32,301 nucleotides of DNA. It comes from Octopus bimaculoides (lineage: Eukaryota). The stretch covers positions 85,241,496 through 85,273,796 of the forward strand of contig NC_068985.1 of NCBI RefSeq assembly GCF_001194135.2. Direction: 5' to 3'. The notes under the pieces were generated by a model, which was not told where the DNA came from, did no database searches, and saw nothing but the letters and a program-made list of their open reading frames with translations. Positions 10,535 to 22,204 of this stretch are shown one piece after another. Made by a program: the position numbers and the translations under genes. Within the stretch, counting starts at the first letter, position 1, and every line of letters starts with the position of its first letter.

Positions 10535-11503
10535 ACTGCCGTTAGGAAATTAAAAATCAAAAGAAAACAAAAAATGTCTTTTTGCTTGTCATCATCATAC
10601 ATGTTTTTTTTTTGCTGGTATAGTTTGGATGGGTCATTATGGCCTGGGTCAAGAAGTATGTTATGTTCATACATTTCATTTAACCTAGTTCCTAAGGTTG
10701 CATTGCCCTTCCTATTGTCAACCATTCCTAGAGCATATTAAGTGCAGTTTATTAAGGCGCCAATACTTTGTTTTGTTGTGTTTCTTTAAATGTTAAATGT
10801 CATTTGAGAGGATTCAACCATCTCTCTAACAACAAAAAGGAAACCTCAAAGACTTCAAAAAAAAAAAAGAAAAAAAGAAAAGAAATTAATGAAAAAAATG
10901 CTATTATCAGGCTTCAGAGCTCTTTGAAACCTTATAGTCAATGCAAAGTTTCATCACAAAACAACTTACTGTGTTACTGCGTGCTTGAAATGATTTCTTT
11001 GCAAATATAGATATCTATATCATAGCTAAGCAGGTTAATAGGGGGGTGAAACTGTCAATAAAAATCTGGACATAACACTGTACTTCATATATGAACAAGA
11101 AACTTAATGTTTCTAGTTCAATCCAACAACAGAGAATTAAATGATAGGGTCTTGGAAATGGCACAGGATAGTTTTCAATTGGAATGTCCAGTATGGTGTT
11201 CTGCTGCATCAGAGGTTCTCAACCAGGGTCCATATGACCCTTGGAGGTCTGTATAAGATTTTGGAGGGTCTATGCAAGCAAAATAATAAATTAGGGATCC
11301 ACAGTAGTATTTTAAGGGTCCATGAAAAAAATTTACTTTAGACATATTTATTACGAAAGACAGATAGATTATTTCTTTCTCTAATGCTTAACTTAGTTCA
11401 ACAAGTTTCTGGCTACAGAAACATGTTCTCTCAGAGAGTGCTGTTGCAAACATACACAAGTAAAGGAGTGAAAAACAAAATAGGAATTTCGAAAGACATA
11501 TCT

Positions 11504-11870
11504 ACTCTTTTACTTGTTTCAGTCATTTGACTGTAGCCATGCTGGAGCACCGCCTTTAGTCGAGCAGTTCGACCCCAGGACTTATTCTTTGGAAGCCTAG
11601 TACTTATTCTATCAGTCTCTTTTGCCGAACCACTAAGTTACGGGGACATAAACACACCAGCATTGGTTGTCAAGCCATGTTGGGGGGGACAAACACAGAC
11701 ACACAAACACACACACATACATATATACATATATACGACGGGCTTCTTTCAGTTTCCGTCTACCAAATCCACTCACAAGGCTTTGGTCGGCCCGAGGCTA
11801 TAGTAGAAGACACTTGCCCAAGGTGCCACGCAGTGGGAATGAACCCTGAACCATGCGGTTGGTAAGCAAG
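11504..11870 (-). mobile_element. tRNA-head SINE (family A), young, slightly 5' truncated
   Basis: Reverse complement of the 13320-13711 element with CpGs retained. Confidence 0.85.
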
Positions 11871-11937
11871 TCTATAAAACTAGTTTTTTTTTTTTAATAT
11901 TGAATGTCTATGGGGATCCACCTGAATAAAATAGTAA

Positions 11938-12165
11938 TTAACCCTTTAGCATTCAGATTATTGTGCCAAATGCAACACTTTTTCTTTCAAATTGTTTTTA
12001 ATTAATCATGCACTATTTTGTAGCTTCAAAAATTTTGATGATGAGATTGTATATTTTATAACGACATTGAAAGGTAGGCATGGCAGGCTGAATCTGGCTG
12101 GTTAGGACATAAAACAGATAGAATATTTTGGATGGATATAGCTAATTTAAATGCTAAAGGGTTAA
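11938..12165. mobile_element. piggyBac-type MITE (family E)
   Basis: TTAA-CCCTTTAGCATT ... AATGCTAAAGGG-TTAA. Confidence 0.88.
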
Positions 12166-12311
12166 AGAGGTCCACAGGTAAAAAAATGATTGAGAACCAC
12201 TGTGCTAGATGAAAGAAATAAGAATCTCTTTTCCAACCACCACCACCATTACTACTACTACCACCTTCATTTTACAGGCTGAACTTGAGTAAGTGATAGT
12301 AGCTTCAATGC

Positions 12312-12356
<45 letters not shown>

Positions 12357-12432
12357 NNNNNNNNNNTAAGAATGGTGAGATACTGGTAAGAAAATAGAGA
12401 AGTGAAAAATAAGCAATAATGATACAAGATAC

Positions 12433-12616
12433 CTTAGAGTTTGAAACGTATATGATAGAAACTGTGCCCATATTGTCACCGATGAAGAACTGAGATCCTG
12501 TTGTGTTCCATGCTACTGCTGTCACTATACGTCCTACATGGATGTTAGACATACGAAGTTTCTCAGGCTTTGTTCGTTTCTCAATGTTTGTCTCCATCAC
12601 AAAAACTTGACCCATG
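12433..12616 (-). CDS. HPS5: HPS5 coding exon 4 (184 nt)
   Basis: ttccttcttttccAG acceptor and GTATCT donor. Encodes (S)MGQVFVMETNIEKRTKPEKLRMSNIHVGRIVTAVAWNTTGSQFFIGDNMGTVSIIYVSNSK, like HPS5 [33 protein letters not shown]. Confidence 0.93.
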
Positions 12617-12901
12617 CTGGAAAAGAAGGAAAAAAAAAAGAAAGAAAGAGTGAAGTAAAAAGGGGAATAAGATTTAGTAACCTATAAACCTGTTTATACA
12701 TACATACACACACACATAAACACACTATGATATAGCAACTAATATCGTACTGCAGTCCAGTGGAACTGGCAATGACCTTGCTTGAACGTTTTTTCACGTG
12801 CCACCAGCATAAGTGCCAGTAAGGTGACGTTGGTAATGACCACGCTCAAATGGTGCTATTTACGTGCCACTGGCATGCAAGCCAGACAACTGCCCTGGCA
12901 A

Positions 12902-12979
12902 TGATCACACTCGGATGGTGCTGTTAGCGCTCCACTGGCATGGGTGCCAGTCATCGAATTAGGTTCAATTATGATTTCG

Positions 12980-13015
<36 letters not shown>

Positions 13016-13286
13016 AGTAGCTGTGTGGTAAGTAGCTTGTTTATGAACCACATGGTTCCGGGTTCAGTCCCACTGCGTGGCACCTTGGGCAAGTGTCTTC
13101 TACTATAGCCTCAGGCCAACCAAACCCTTGTGAGTGGATCTGGTAGACGGAAACTGAAAGAAGCCCGTCGTATATATGTATATATATGTGTATGTGTGNN
13201 NNNNNNNNTGATCACACTCGGATGGTGCTGTTAGCGCTCCACTGGCATGGGTGCCAGTCATCGAATTAGGTTCAATTATGATTTCG

Positions 13287-13322
<36 letters not shown>

Positions 13323-13505
13323 AGTAGCTGTGTGGTAAGTAGCTTGTTTATGAACCACATGGTTCCGGGTTCAGTCCCACTGCGTGGCACCTTGGGCAAG
13401 TGTCTTCTACTATAGCCTCAGGCCAACCAAACCCTTGTGAGTGGATCTGGTAGACGGAAACTGAAAGAAGCCCGTCGTATATATGTATATATATGTGTAT
13501 GTGTG
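12902..13505 (+). repeat. Identical 297-bp tandem duplication either side of a 10-N gap (12902-13198 = 13209-13505)
   Basis: No differences seen, including (TA)n length; offset 307. Confidence 0.92.
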
Positions 13506-13710
13506 TTTATATGTTTGTGTCTGTCTCCCTGCCCAACATCGCTTGACAACCAATGCTGGTGTATTTATGTCCCCGTAACGTAGCGGTTCGGCCTAAGGCA
13601 CCGATACAATAAGTACTAGGCTTACAAAGAATAAGTCCTGGAGTCAATTTGCTCGACTAAAAGCAGTGCTCCAGCATGGCCACAGTCAAATGACTGAAAC
13701 AAGTAAGAGA

Positions 13711-13711
<1 letters not shown>
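13320..13711 (+). mobile_element. tRNA-head SINE (family A), full length
   Basis: A-box-like TAGCTGTGTGG, B-box-like GGTTCAGTCCC, central gtagacggaaactgaaagaagcccgtcg, internal (TA/TG)n, tail actgaaacaagtaagag. Confidence 0.85.
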
Positions 13712-13763
<52 letters not shown>

Positions 13764-13765
<2 letters not shown>

Positions 13766-14236
13766 GCAGATGGATGACAACATCTTCATAAAGAAGTGTC
13801 GATCCCTCAAAGTAAATGGAACACGTGGAAGTGAGTGACCCAGAAAGACATGGGATGAAGTACTGAAGAACACTGAAGAATTCAAGACACTGAACCTTTC
13901 AGGTAAGATGACAAAGGACCAAGATGCCTGGCGCCATGCTGTACTCAAGAAGACCCATAATCCCCAGCAGAAGTGTTAAGACTGGTTCCTCTGGCTCCAC
14001 ATAAAAGTGCCTGTGTGGTGCCATGTAAAAGTACCCGTACAGTGCCACGTAAGAGTGCCTGTGCAGCACAACGTAAAAGCGCCCGTGCAATGCCACATAA
14101 AAGCACCCAGTGCACTCTGTAAAGTGGTTGGCATTAGTAAGGGCATCCAGCCATGGAAACCATCATACTGGAGTCTGGTGCAACTCTCCAATCCACGCCA
14201 GCATGGACAACAGGCATTAAATGCTGGTGATGATGA
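13764..14236 (+). mobile_element. 5'-truncated RTE-clade LINE (ORF end plus 3' UTR with about 5 copies of a 23-bp unit)
   Basis: MQMDDNIFIKKCRSLKVNGTRGSE*PRKTWDEVLK..MTKDQDAWRHAVLKKT parallels the 31128-31430 ORF end. gtgccacgtaaaagcacccgtgc-like repeats at about 13998-14110. Confidence 0.75.
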
Positions 14237-14262
14237 GATTATATACACACACATACACACAC

Positions 14263-14299
<37 letters not shown>

Positions 14300-14665
14300 T
14301 TGTATATACATGCACTTGTATATGCAAATGCATGTATTACTATGGCAACAGTCCGGATACTTAATAATCAGACCTCGTAATTAATGACAGGACTTCAGAG
14401 CTAAACGCTTGATCATTAGACTTTGTTCGGGTTACACAAACACTTAGTTTCACAGTATATGTGTTGGAGGGAGGGGGAACATCTTTGTTTTCTTCCTCTC
14501 TTTCTCTCAATGACTAAGTACAGTTAATCTTACAACAAACCAAGCCTGTGAGACAATTTCTTTCAATATTTGGTTGGTGTCATTTTACTTTTTATTAAGA
14601 AAATATAAATTAAAAAAAAACAAAAAAACTAAAGAGACAATTAGTTTGGTAATTCCAGTACTTAC

Positions 14666-14730
14666 CTGTTGGCAAAACCCACATTGTTATCGAATGGACT
14701 GAGAGAAACCAGGTTTATGGTATCAGCTTT
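14666..14730 (-). CDS. HPS5: HPS5 coding exon 3 (65 nt)
   Basis: atttcattatttccAG acceptor and GTAAGT donor. Encodes KADTINLVSLSPFDNNVGFAN plus AG. Phase 0/2 fits both neighbours. Confidence 0.88.
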
Positions 14731-14823
14731 CTGGAAATAATGAAATGGTACAAGCATAAGACAAAACTAGATCAATGGGTTTTCAGACAGTAAGGTAAAT
14801 GATATGGTAAACACTACATTTAA

Positions 14824-15005
14824 AGGGGTAGAAGAGAGTCAGTAGACACTAAGTTATAGGGGTAGAAGCAGAGTTATAGGTGTAGAAGAGTCAATAAATA
14901 CTAGATTATAGGGGTAGGAGAAGAGTCAATAGATACTAGGTTATAGAGATAGGAGAGTCAGTAGATACCAAGGTTATAAAGGTAAAAGGAGGAGTCAGCA
15001 GATAT
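14824..15005. repeat. Degenerate minisatellite, about 33-bp unit, about 5 copies
   Basis: Unit resembles gggtagaagagagtcagtagacactaagttatag. Confidence 0.75.
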
Positions 15006-15029
15006 GTGATATACCTTTTTACTTTTTTA

Positions 15030-15199
15030 AGTCAGTGGACTGTGGACATGCTGGGTACCATTTTAAAGGGTTTAATCAAACAAATCAACCACAGTATTTG
15101 ATTTTTCTTATAAGCCATGCACTTCTTATACTGGATCTTTTGGTGAAGTACTATTTTCTGGAGATGTACCACTGGTTATCAAGCAGTGTTGGGAGCCAA

Positions 15200-15234
<35 letters not shown>

Positions 15235-15401
15235 GATGACAGGCTTCCTTTGGTTTCCATGTACCAAATCTACTGACAAGGATTTGGTTGGCCCAAGGCT
15301 ATTGTAGAAGATACTTGCCCAAGGTACCATGCAGTGGGATTGAACTTAGAACCATGTGGTTGAGAAGCAAACTTCTTATTATACAATCACACCTGTGCCT
15401 A
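15030..15401 (-). mobile_element. Old family-A SINE copy
   Basis: CpG-decayed version of 11504-11870 (gaagatacttgcccaaggtaccatgcagtgggattgaac). Confidence 0.75.
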
Positions 15402-15691
15402 TAAAAGTGAGATACTTACAGCACCAAGAATCTTCTGTGTTGATTCAAGTTACTGTAGGGTTTTAAATTAGAAGCTGAAGCATCAGAATTATTATTTATA
15501 ACTTTTATGTGCTTCGAGATCCAATTCTAAAAACAAAGAATTATTTCACATCCTCTCAAAAGTTTATAAATTCTTTTGACATCAGCAACATACAATTCTC
15601 ACTGATAAGAACCTCCAGGTCCTACAAAGCTGCATGCTTTCCTGTCTCACACAAGGACTGAAGCAAATAAAAGAATAAGAAGCTTTTTTAT

Positions 15692-16192
15692 ATAGATGTA
15701 TAGGAATGTGTTAAATAGCTCAGCGGGCTGCGTGTTTGAATCACGTCGGAGGGTCACCACTTTATAGGAAAGTGGGTTATACATCATTAGATGTACACCT
15801 GACTTTCCTATATTAAATTAGAAATTAACGAACGTTGAACTCCAGACTATCAACACAAACAATATTTATTCATGGTGGAAAATATACATCTTTAATCTTG
15901 TTTGTTGAGACGTCTTCGGTGTGTCAGAACATGGTTGTTGGGACGTTGGTATATTGATGTGAGCTGTCTAGCATGAGTTCGAAAGATGGAGAGACAGCTA
16001 GACACGTCCTTGCTCAATCGCTGGCCAGCAAGAAAGAGACAGAATGAAGCGGGAAAGCTTGGATGTTGAATTCCACGCATGCGTGAGACTACGCATGCGC
16101 ACGGCGTTACTACAGATGTTTTCAATCTAGTTTGAATTCTTTGCCATCAAATTTGATGGCAAAGAATCCAAACTAGATTGAAAACATCTATA
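15692..16192. mobile_element. Unclassified CpG-rich insertion with short inverted termini
   Basis: atatagatgt (15690-15699) and acatctatat (16184-16193); about 19 CpG in 15721-16110. Confidence 0.45.
16114..16189. repeat. 76-bp loopless palindrome with one mismatch
   Basis: agatgttttcaatctagtttgaattctttgccatcaaa | tttgatggcaaagaatccaaactagattgaaaacatct; mismatch 16135/16168. Confidence 0.97.
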
Positions 16193-17149
16193 TTTATTTT
16201 TGTTTATTCAGAGAGAATGCAAGAATTTTTTTTCTTTTCTGCAAGGAAGAACTTTGTCCAAAATATGTGAAACTTCCCCTCACAACAATCTACTAACTTA
16301 ATTTTACTTTTACACAAACGTATGCAATTTTTGCTGATGGTAATCACCACCAGTTTGCTTGGATTCTGATTTGGTTTTGCTGTGTTTTTTTTTTCTTCTA
16401 TCCACAGCCATAATGCACAAGTATTGCTAGTCTGAAACAGATAATACATTTAGCAAAAGAAGACTTATGATGTCCTGTGATGAACTGATAGTGAGCTCAG
16501 ACAGCACAAAAAGAAAGAAACCTAGTCAGACTTCAGTACATGCATGCCTCTGTCTGTGTGTGTAACATACCTGGACATGTGTAATATGTGTTTGTATTGT
16601 ATTTTAGGATGAGTTTAAATATTTGTTACATTATAACAATTAAAGACATTATCATTAAAATTACTGTTGTAATTAAATGGAATTAAAACATCTGCAATTC
16701 AAACTAATTTACACAAATAATTAAATGAGATTAATTTACGACTTCTACATTTTGTATTTTTTTTCTTCTTTTTTTCAAATTTTAATTTAGAGAAATGTTG
16801 CATAAAACAGTATTATTATTATAATTATTATTATTATTATTATTATTGACAGAAGTTACATCAAGTCACCAAATAATTAGCATCAGTCTAGACAAAGCTG
16901 CACTGAAATAATTTCAGAAAATATAGCCTAGTCACCAACAAAAACTTACAGTAATTAGTCAATACAAACAATAATTTTCAAGTGACTGTCATTGAAAGGT
17001 AGAATATGTATCCAGATTTTATCTGGTAGGCCACATACAAAAACAGTTTTTGAAAAATACATCGCTATCAACATCAACTTTATTACTAAAATCAACTAAG
17101 GAGTGACTATGTAGTTACTTGATCTAACAACTCAATATAGATGTCAATA

Positions 17150-17345
17150 ACAGGGTCTGTATGCGGTCACTCAACCAGCTAAAAACAGTAACCATATCTC
17201 AATCAAATCACCTTCTGTTGTCTTAAAAAAAGAAGGATACATTGGATGATGTGGTCCAAGATGCTTGAATAATAAAAGATAGGATGGTCATGGCTTAAAG
17301 AATGTCTTTGATCATAATTTTGTTCAGTCAGAGTTAAACAACAAC
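17150..17345 (+). mobile_element. Dispersed repeat tail (family F); fragments also near 1074-1150, 26530-26590, 27090-27425, 29480-29550
   Basis: Shared ggatggtcatggc...gtctttgatcat...tgttcagtcagag...aaacaacaac motif. Confidence 0.55.
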
Positions 17346-17828
17346 TTGTACTATTTTCTTTACAAAAACGGGTTGGATAATTTTTACAAACTCCTATATC
17401 TCTACAAATATTGTTTGATCATCTATCAATCATAATACAACTAAATTCCATTCCTAAAACCAAACACTCAACAGAAAAAAAATATGCAAATATTAAGATG
17501 AATGCATTTAATTATACCTGTATTATTCTAGCTAATTAAAATTGACACATTTGTTATATTCAGGAAAAACAGTGAGATATGAATTCATGATCATATGATC
17601 AGCAACCGTCTATCATTATGAACTCTGAGCCAAGTTAAGAAAAATGTGATTAGCACACTGGAGTTCAATGAAACAAAGCCACAACACTACATCCCTCCAA
17701 TTTATTAACAACACACATTACAGTTTGTATCTATGATAAAGCTAACAATTTCTAACAAACCATCATAGAAACCTCATTTTCTTCATATAACAAAAACTGA
17801 TTCACAATATATTTTGTATTCTTTTTTT

Positions 17829-18350
17829 TTAGCCTTTTAGTATTTGGATGACTCTGTCATATGTAATGCTTATTTATTCACATTGTTTTGAATTAATTAC
17901 GCATTATCTTGTAGCTTTGAGATTTCAATAATGTGATTGTTTATTTTTAAAATGACAATCTGGAGTAGGAGTGAGAGGCCAAATCTGGCCAGTTTGAACA
18001 TAAAACAAGTAAAATATGTAGGCGGAATATGGTTGGATTAACACATAAAGCATGGCAGGCCACGATCATGGCCCAAATAGATGCATTTAATTTATGAGTG
18101 TTTGTTGGGGTCTAATGTCACTCAAATGCTCTGATCCCCCCCACCCCGAATGCAAGAGGACTAAATAGTTCAACTAATAACTTTTCAGATGATATAAAAT
18201 TTGCCACCATTATATACTAAAATGATATTTTAACTATTTTTTGTTTTTTTATGTGTGCATGGTAGTCTCATTTTCATAAAATGTGCTCAGCAGTCCATGC
18301 TATGTAAGTGCAAATCCCAGTGCTTTACGGGTTAAATGCTAAAAGGTTAA
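17829..18350. mobile_element. piggyBac-type MITE (family E) interrupted by a second MITE
   Basis: Family E body 17829-18041; terminal atgctaaaagg-TTAA resumes at 18336. Confidence 0.8.
18042..18331. mobile_element. Second piggyBac-type MITE family, nested
   Basis: TTAA (18038-18041) cacataaagca ... tgctttacggg TTAA (18332-18335). Confidence 0.75.
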
Positions 18351-19328
18351 ATTTTTATTTTGCTAAGGGCTAAAATAACTTTGGTCCAGAACATCTGCTA
18401 ACCTTTTAATAAGGTCTTGAAACACATAATGAGACAGCTGGGCACAAGTGTTTGGACACTGATAACTTAGCATGGCTGACTGGACATTCAGCCTGTTTTA
18501 GCAACAATACTTTTGGGGGATCTATTTTAAAATGGGGGCACCAGTTTTCATTTATGTTTTATGTAGTGTTTTTGGTACCGAAAGACTTTCAAACTTCGTA
18601 TACTTATCTATTTTGTGTTATAGAACAGAAAAAAATTTTTGTATTCGAATTTATTTCATGTAAAAAATTGTCTTATTTCGATAATTTCTACTAATCACTG
18701 ATGTCTATTCAGTTGAAAACAGTTAGCGCTGTAACGGTGTATATCATATTAATCCCCTAACCCTAACCCTAACTAGACTGTTAACCGTAACCGTAACCCT
18801 AACTCTAGAATCCGAACTTTAAAATTGTTACACACATAGATACGCACAGCGTAATTTATTATATAAACAATATATNNNNNNNNNNNNNNNNNNNNNNNNN
18901 NNNNNNNNNNNNNNNNNNNNNNNNNNNNNNNNNNNNNNNNNNNNNNNNNNNNNNNNNNNNNNNNNNNNNNNNNNNNNNNNNNNNNNNNNNNNNNNNNNNN
19001 NNNNNNNNNNNNNNNNNNNNNNNNNNNNNNNNNNNNNNNNNNNNNNNNNNNNNNNNNNNNNNNNNNNNNNNNNNNNNNNNNNNNNNNNNNNNNNNNNNNN
19101 NNNNNNNNNNNNNNNNNNNNNNNNNNNNNNNNNNNNNNNNNNNNNNNNNNNNNNNNNNNNNNNNNNNNNNNNNNNNNNNNNNNNNNNNNNNNNNNNNNNN
19201 NNNNNNNNNNNNNNNNNNNNNNNNNNNNNNNNNNNNNNNNNNNNNNNNNNNNNNNNNNNNNNNNNNNNNNNNNNNNNNNNNNNNNNNNNNNNNNNNNNNN
19301 NNNNNNNNNNNNNNNNNNNNNNNNNNNN

Positions 19329-19392
<64 letters not shown>

Positions 19393-20072
19393 TTACAATT
19401 CATTAATTGAACATGATTGACAAAAACACTTTCTGCCTCATCATACACATAAAGAGAAGTATGCACACACAAAAACAGTGAGCGAGATGAAGGGGAGGAG
19501 GAAGAGAATGAGAGAAACACTCTACTATCTGATGTCAAATAAGTCAGCATTGAATTGGCAATGCCAAGTAGGCAGCACCAAATAAAGCTGTGCCAAAATA
19601 TCTCATACCTGCCCCTAGACAGATTTTTTTTTCAGTGGAAGTCTTTTTACAGTTGAGTGAACAAAAACATGTTAAATATAATTGTACCCACCTATATTAC
19701 AACCATTTCTGCTTAATGTACCTCTACTTAATTAATTCCAGCTTGACGACAAAGCTTTACACACATCAGCAAATTTATTATTTGCTGTTTAAATATAAGA
19801 ACAGCAGTTCTTAGTGGGCTATGAATGACAGATTTTGTGTTCATAGCTGATGAAGCATAACAACACAGACCCACATCCTATTTAATGACATCATTTATAA
19901 CCCAGTAATGTATTTTTCAAACACATTGTCCATAAGAATTTCTCTCCCAAGACATCCTTTTTCTGCAGTTGTCTAAGCAATTGTCTCACTATGCTTCAAT
20001 GTACTGAACTTGTTAAGTGTCCATAGTTAGATTTTAATCATCATTGCTTAGTGATGATTAAAATATAGTTAA

Positions 20073-20298
20073 TTAATCCTTTAGCATTCAGATTACTCTA
20101 TCTAATGTAATGACTATTTAATCACATTGTCTTGAATTAAATGGGCATAATCTTGTAGCTGTGAGATTTTGATGACATGGCTGTAGTTTTAGAATGTCAG
20201 TGTAGGGTAGGAAAGAGAGGCTGGATCTGGCCTATTTGAACATAAAACAGGTTTGATATTTGGGCTGAACATGGTCAGTTTAAATGCTAAAAGGTTAA
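20073..20298. mobile_element. piggyBac-type MITE (family E)
   Basis: TTAA-tcctttagcatt ... aatgctaaaagg-TTAA. Confidence 0.85.
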
Positions 20299-21925
20299 AC
20301 ATTAATGGTTTTAACTTCAACCAATTATCCCAAATCTTAAGACAAGAAGATGTAAAATATACTTAGTTTGTGAATATACTTAGTTTGTGAATATACTATC
20401 AACTAGCCACCAACCAGTGGCACAAACTTCTATTCCAATTTTAAGAAATGTTTGTTCTGGCAAGGCATCTACGTAATCCTTAAAACAGTGCAATGTTTCT
20501 AAAAAATATGTGGAAGGTATTGTGAACTTGGTGTTCTGCTCTGAATGTTGTAATGTAACACTCACGAGTTGTGTAATGTAACAGTCATGAGATATACGAG
20601 TTGTACGTGTGTACATGTATGTATGTACACACACAAAATTTGTTAACTACACAACTATGCCAAGGGACTACAGATGAAAATCCTACTACAGATGCTGAAT
20701 TATATGCAAAAGCAAAGTAGCTAAGCAGGAAAGTTATAAGTTCATGAGTTCAAATTCATGAATAGTATTCTTTTCATTACAGTATGCTTCACACTCTAGG
20801 GCTTAATTATTCACCAAGTAGTTAGAAATAGATACCAGATCTTATAAAAATGTTCGGGATAAAACTGATGTCTAATCTAGGTCAAAATTCATCTCATATC
20901 TGCTCAGTGAAACCATAGGCAAGAATTTGTTTTTTATAAATTCTTAAAATGTTTGGAGGCATTTACATATTTCTACTGCTTTACATCTTTACTGATAGTT
21001 TAGATGGTTGAATCAGTAAGGTATCAAACAACTAGCGATTTGTTGTATCCTTGGATAAGATACTTAACCCTCAAATGTCTAAGCTGTAAATAGACACAGG
21101 ACTATAGCTTTCACTGGCACATGTGTAAAACTTGGATTTTCTACCCTGCAGCCATGATAGAACACAGCTCTAGAATTACTCTGTGATCTTTCAGTGTCAT
21201 TATAACTTGTATAGCCTCATCCTCTAAGAAGCAGTAATATTATAAACATTTATGAATATTTTATTGACTTGCAATGTTGTGATCAGTTTCTCCCAGAGGA
21301 AATATTATAGTTGATAGACACCTCATTTGCTTAACACCATATAAACTAGAAACTGGAAACAAGCACTGGCTCAGTAGAGTGCAAGGTTCTATAAAACAGT
21401 TGAGAGAGCAATACAGCTCTAGACAGGAGATGGAAAAGCCAACTTATGATGATGATGTCAACGGTGATTGGAACATATCTTAACAAAATGTTCTTATATA
21501 AAATTATGATGGAAAGTTTAATATGAGAGTGAACACTTTAAAATAGGCAGTTTCATAGCATAAAAACTAAAGGTTTACTAACTGGTGATACAGATGATGA
21601 TGATAATGAGAACAATGATGATGATGATAATGAAAAGGATGCTAATATAATGATAATATATAATGATAATAGTGCTGCTGTTGATGATGATTATCATTAA
21701 TTATGTAATGCAAGATAACATTGAAAACAATATATATAATAGAGACCCTTATAAACTATGTCAAAAATGAAAATATAAAAAACAGAGAAACAACAATAAG
21801 TGTAAAAATGGCCAATGTTCATAAAGAAAAATAAATAAATATAGACAGATAATGATAAATAAAATGAATGCAAATTGTAAGGAAAATGATGAATAAAGAA
21901 GAAGAAACTGAAAAACCAAACTTAC

Positions 21926-22039
21926 CATGTCTGCAAATACTACACGTAAGTTGTTGAAATTCTGCCTGCCGAATACATAGACACCACCTGTGTTGCTGCC
22001 AAGAGCAACATATCTTCGAGATACTGAGATACAGGTATA
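21926..22039 (-). CDS. HPS5: HPS5 coding exon 2 (114 nt)
   Basis: ttttctctattttAG acceptor and GTAAG donor. Encodes YTCISVSRRYVALGSNTGGVYVFGRQNFNNLRVVFADM, like HPS5 [22 protein letters not shown]. Phase 0/0. Confidence 0.93.
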
Positions 22040-22204
22040 CTAAAATAGAGAAAATAATGATTTTTTTAAAAATTAGCTACAAAGTCTTAATAGTGGAGAA
22101 AAATACAGGGTATATCAGATGGAAAGTGCAAGAGAGATGACAATTTAGTGTAAACACTGGTGTTGCTGTACTCTGTCTCCAAATGCAGGAGTTAATGTCT
22201 CATC

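Larger units (their letters stand above)
11210..12202. mobile_element. hAT/Charlie-type MITE hosting two nested insertions
   Basis: TIRs CAGAGGTTCTCAACC and gattgagaaccactg; 8-bp flanks tgctgcat and tgctagat (6/8 match). Confidence 0.75.

Noticed and set aside
12205-12432. Extension of exon 4 suggested by ORF 12205-12615
   Set aside because: Reads through the GT donor into (GA)n and a gap; the frame joins correctly to exon 5 at 12433.
13013-13090. tRNA genes
   Set aside because: A/B-box-like heads continue into SINE bodies; no cloverleaf or acceptor stem seen.
13998-14110. CRISPR-like array or the 125-aa ORF 14007-14384
   Set aside because: These are degenerate tandem 23-bp units with no spacers, in an RTE 3' UTR; eukaryotic context.
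20356-20397. Perfect 17-bp tandem duplication
   Set aside because: Real, but an ordinary slippage event with no further signal.
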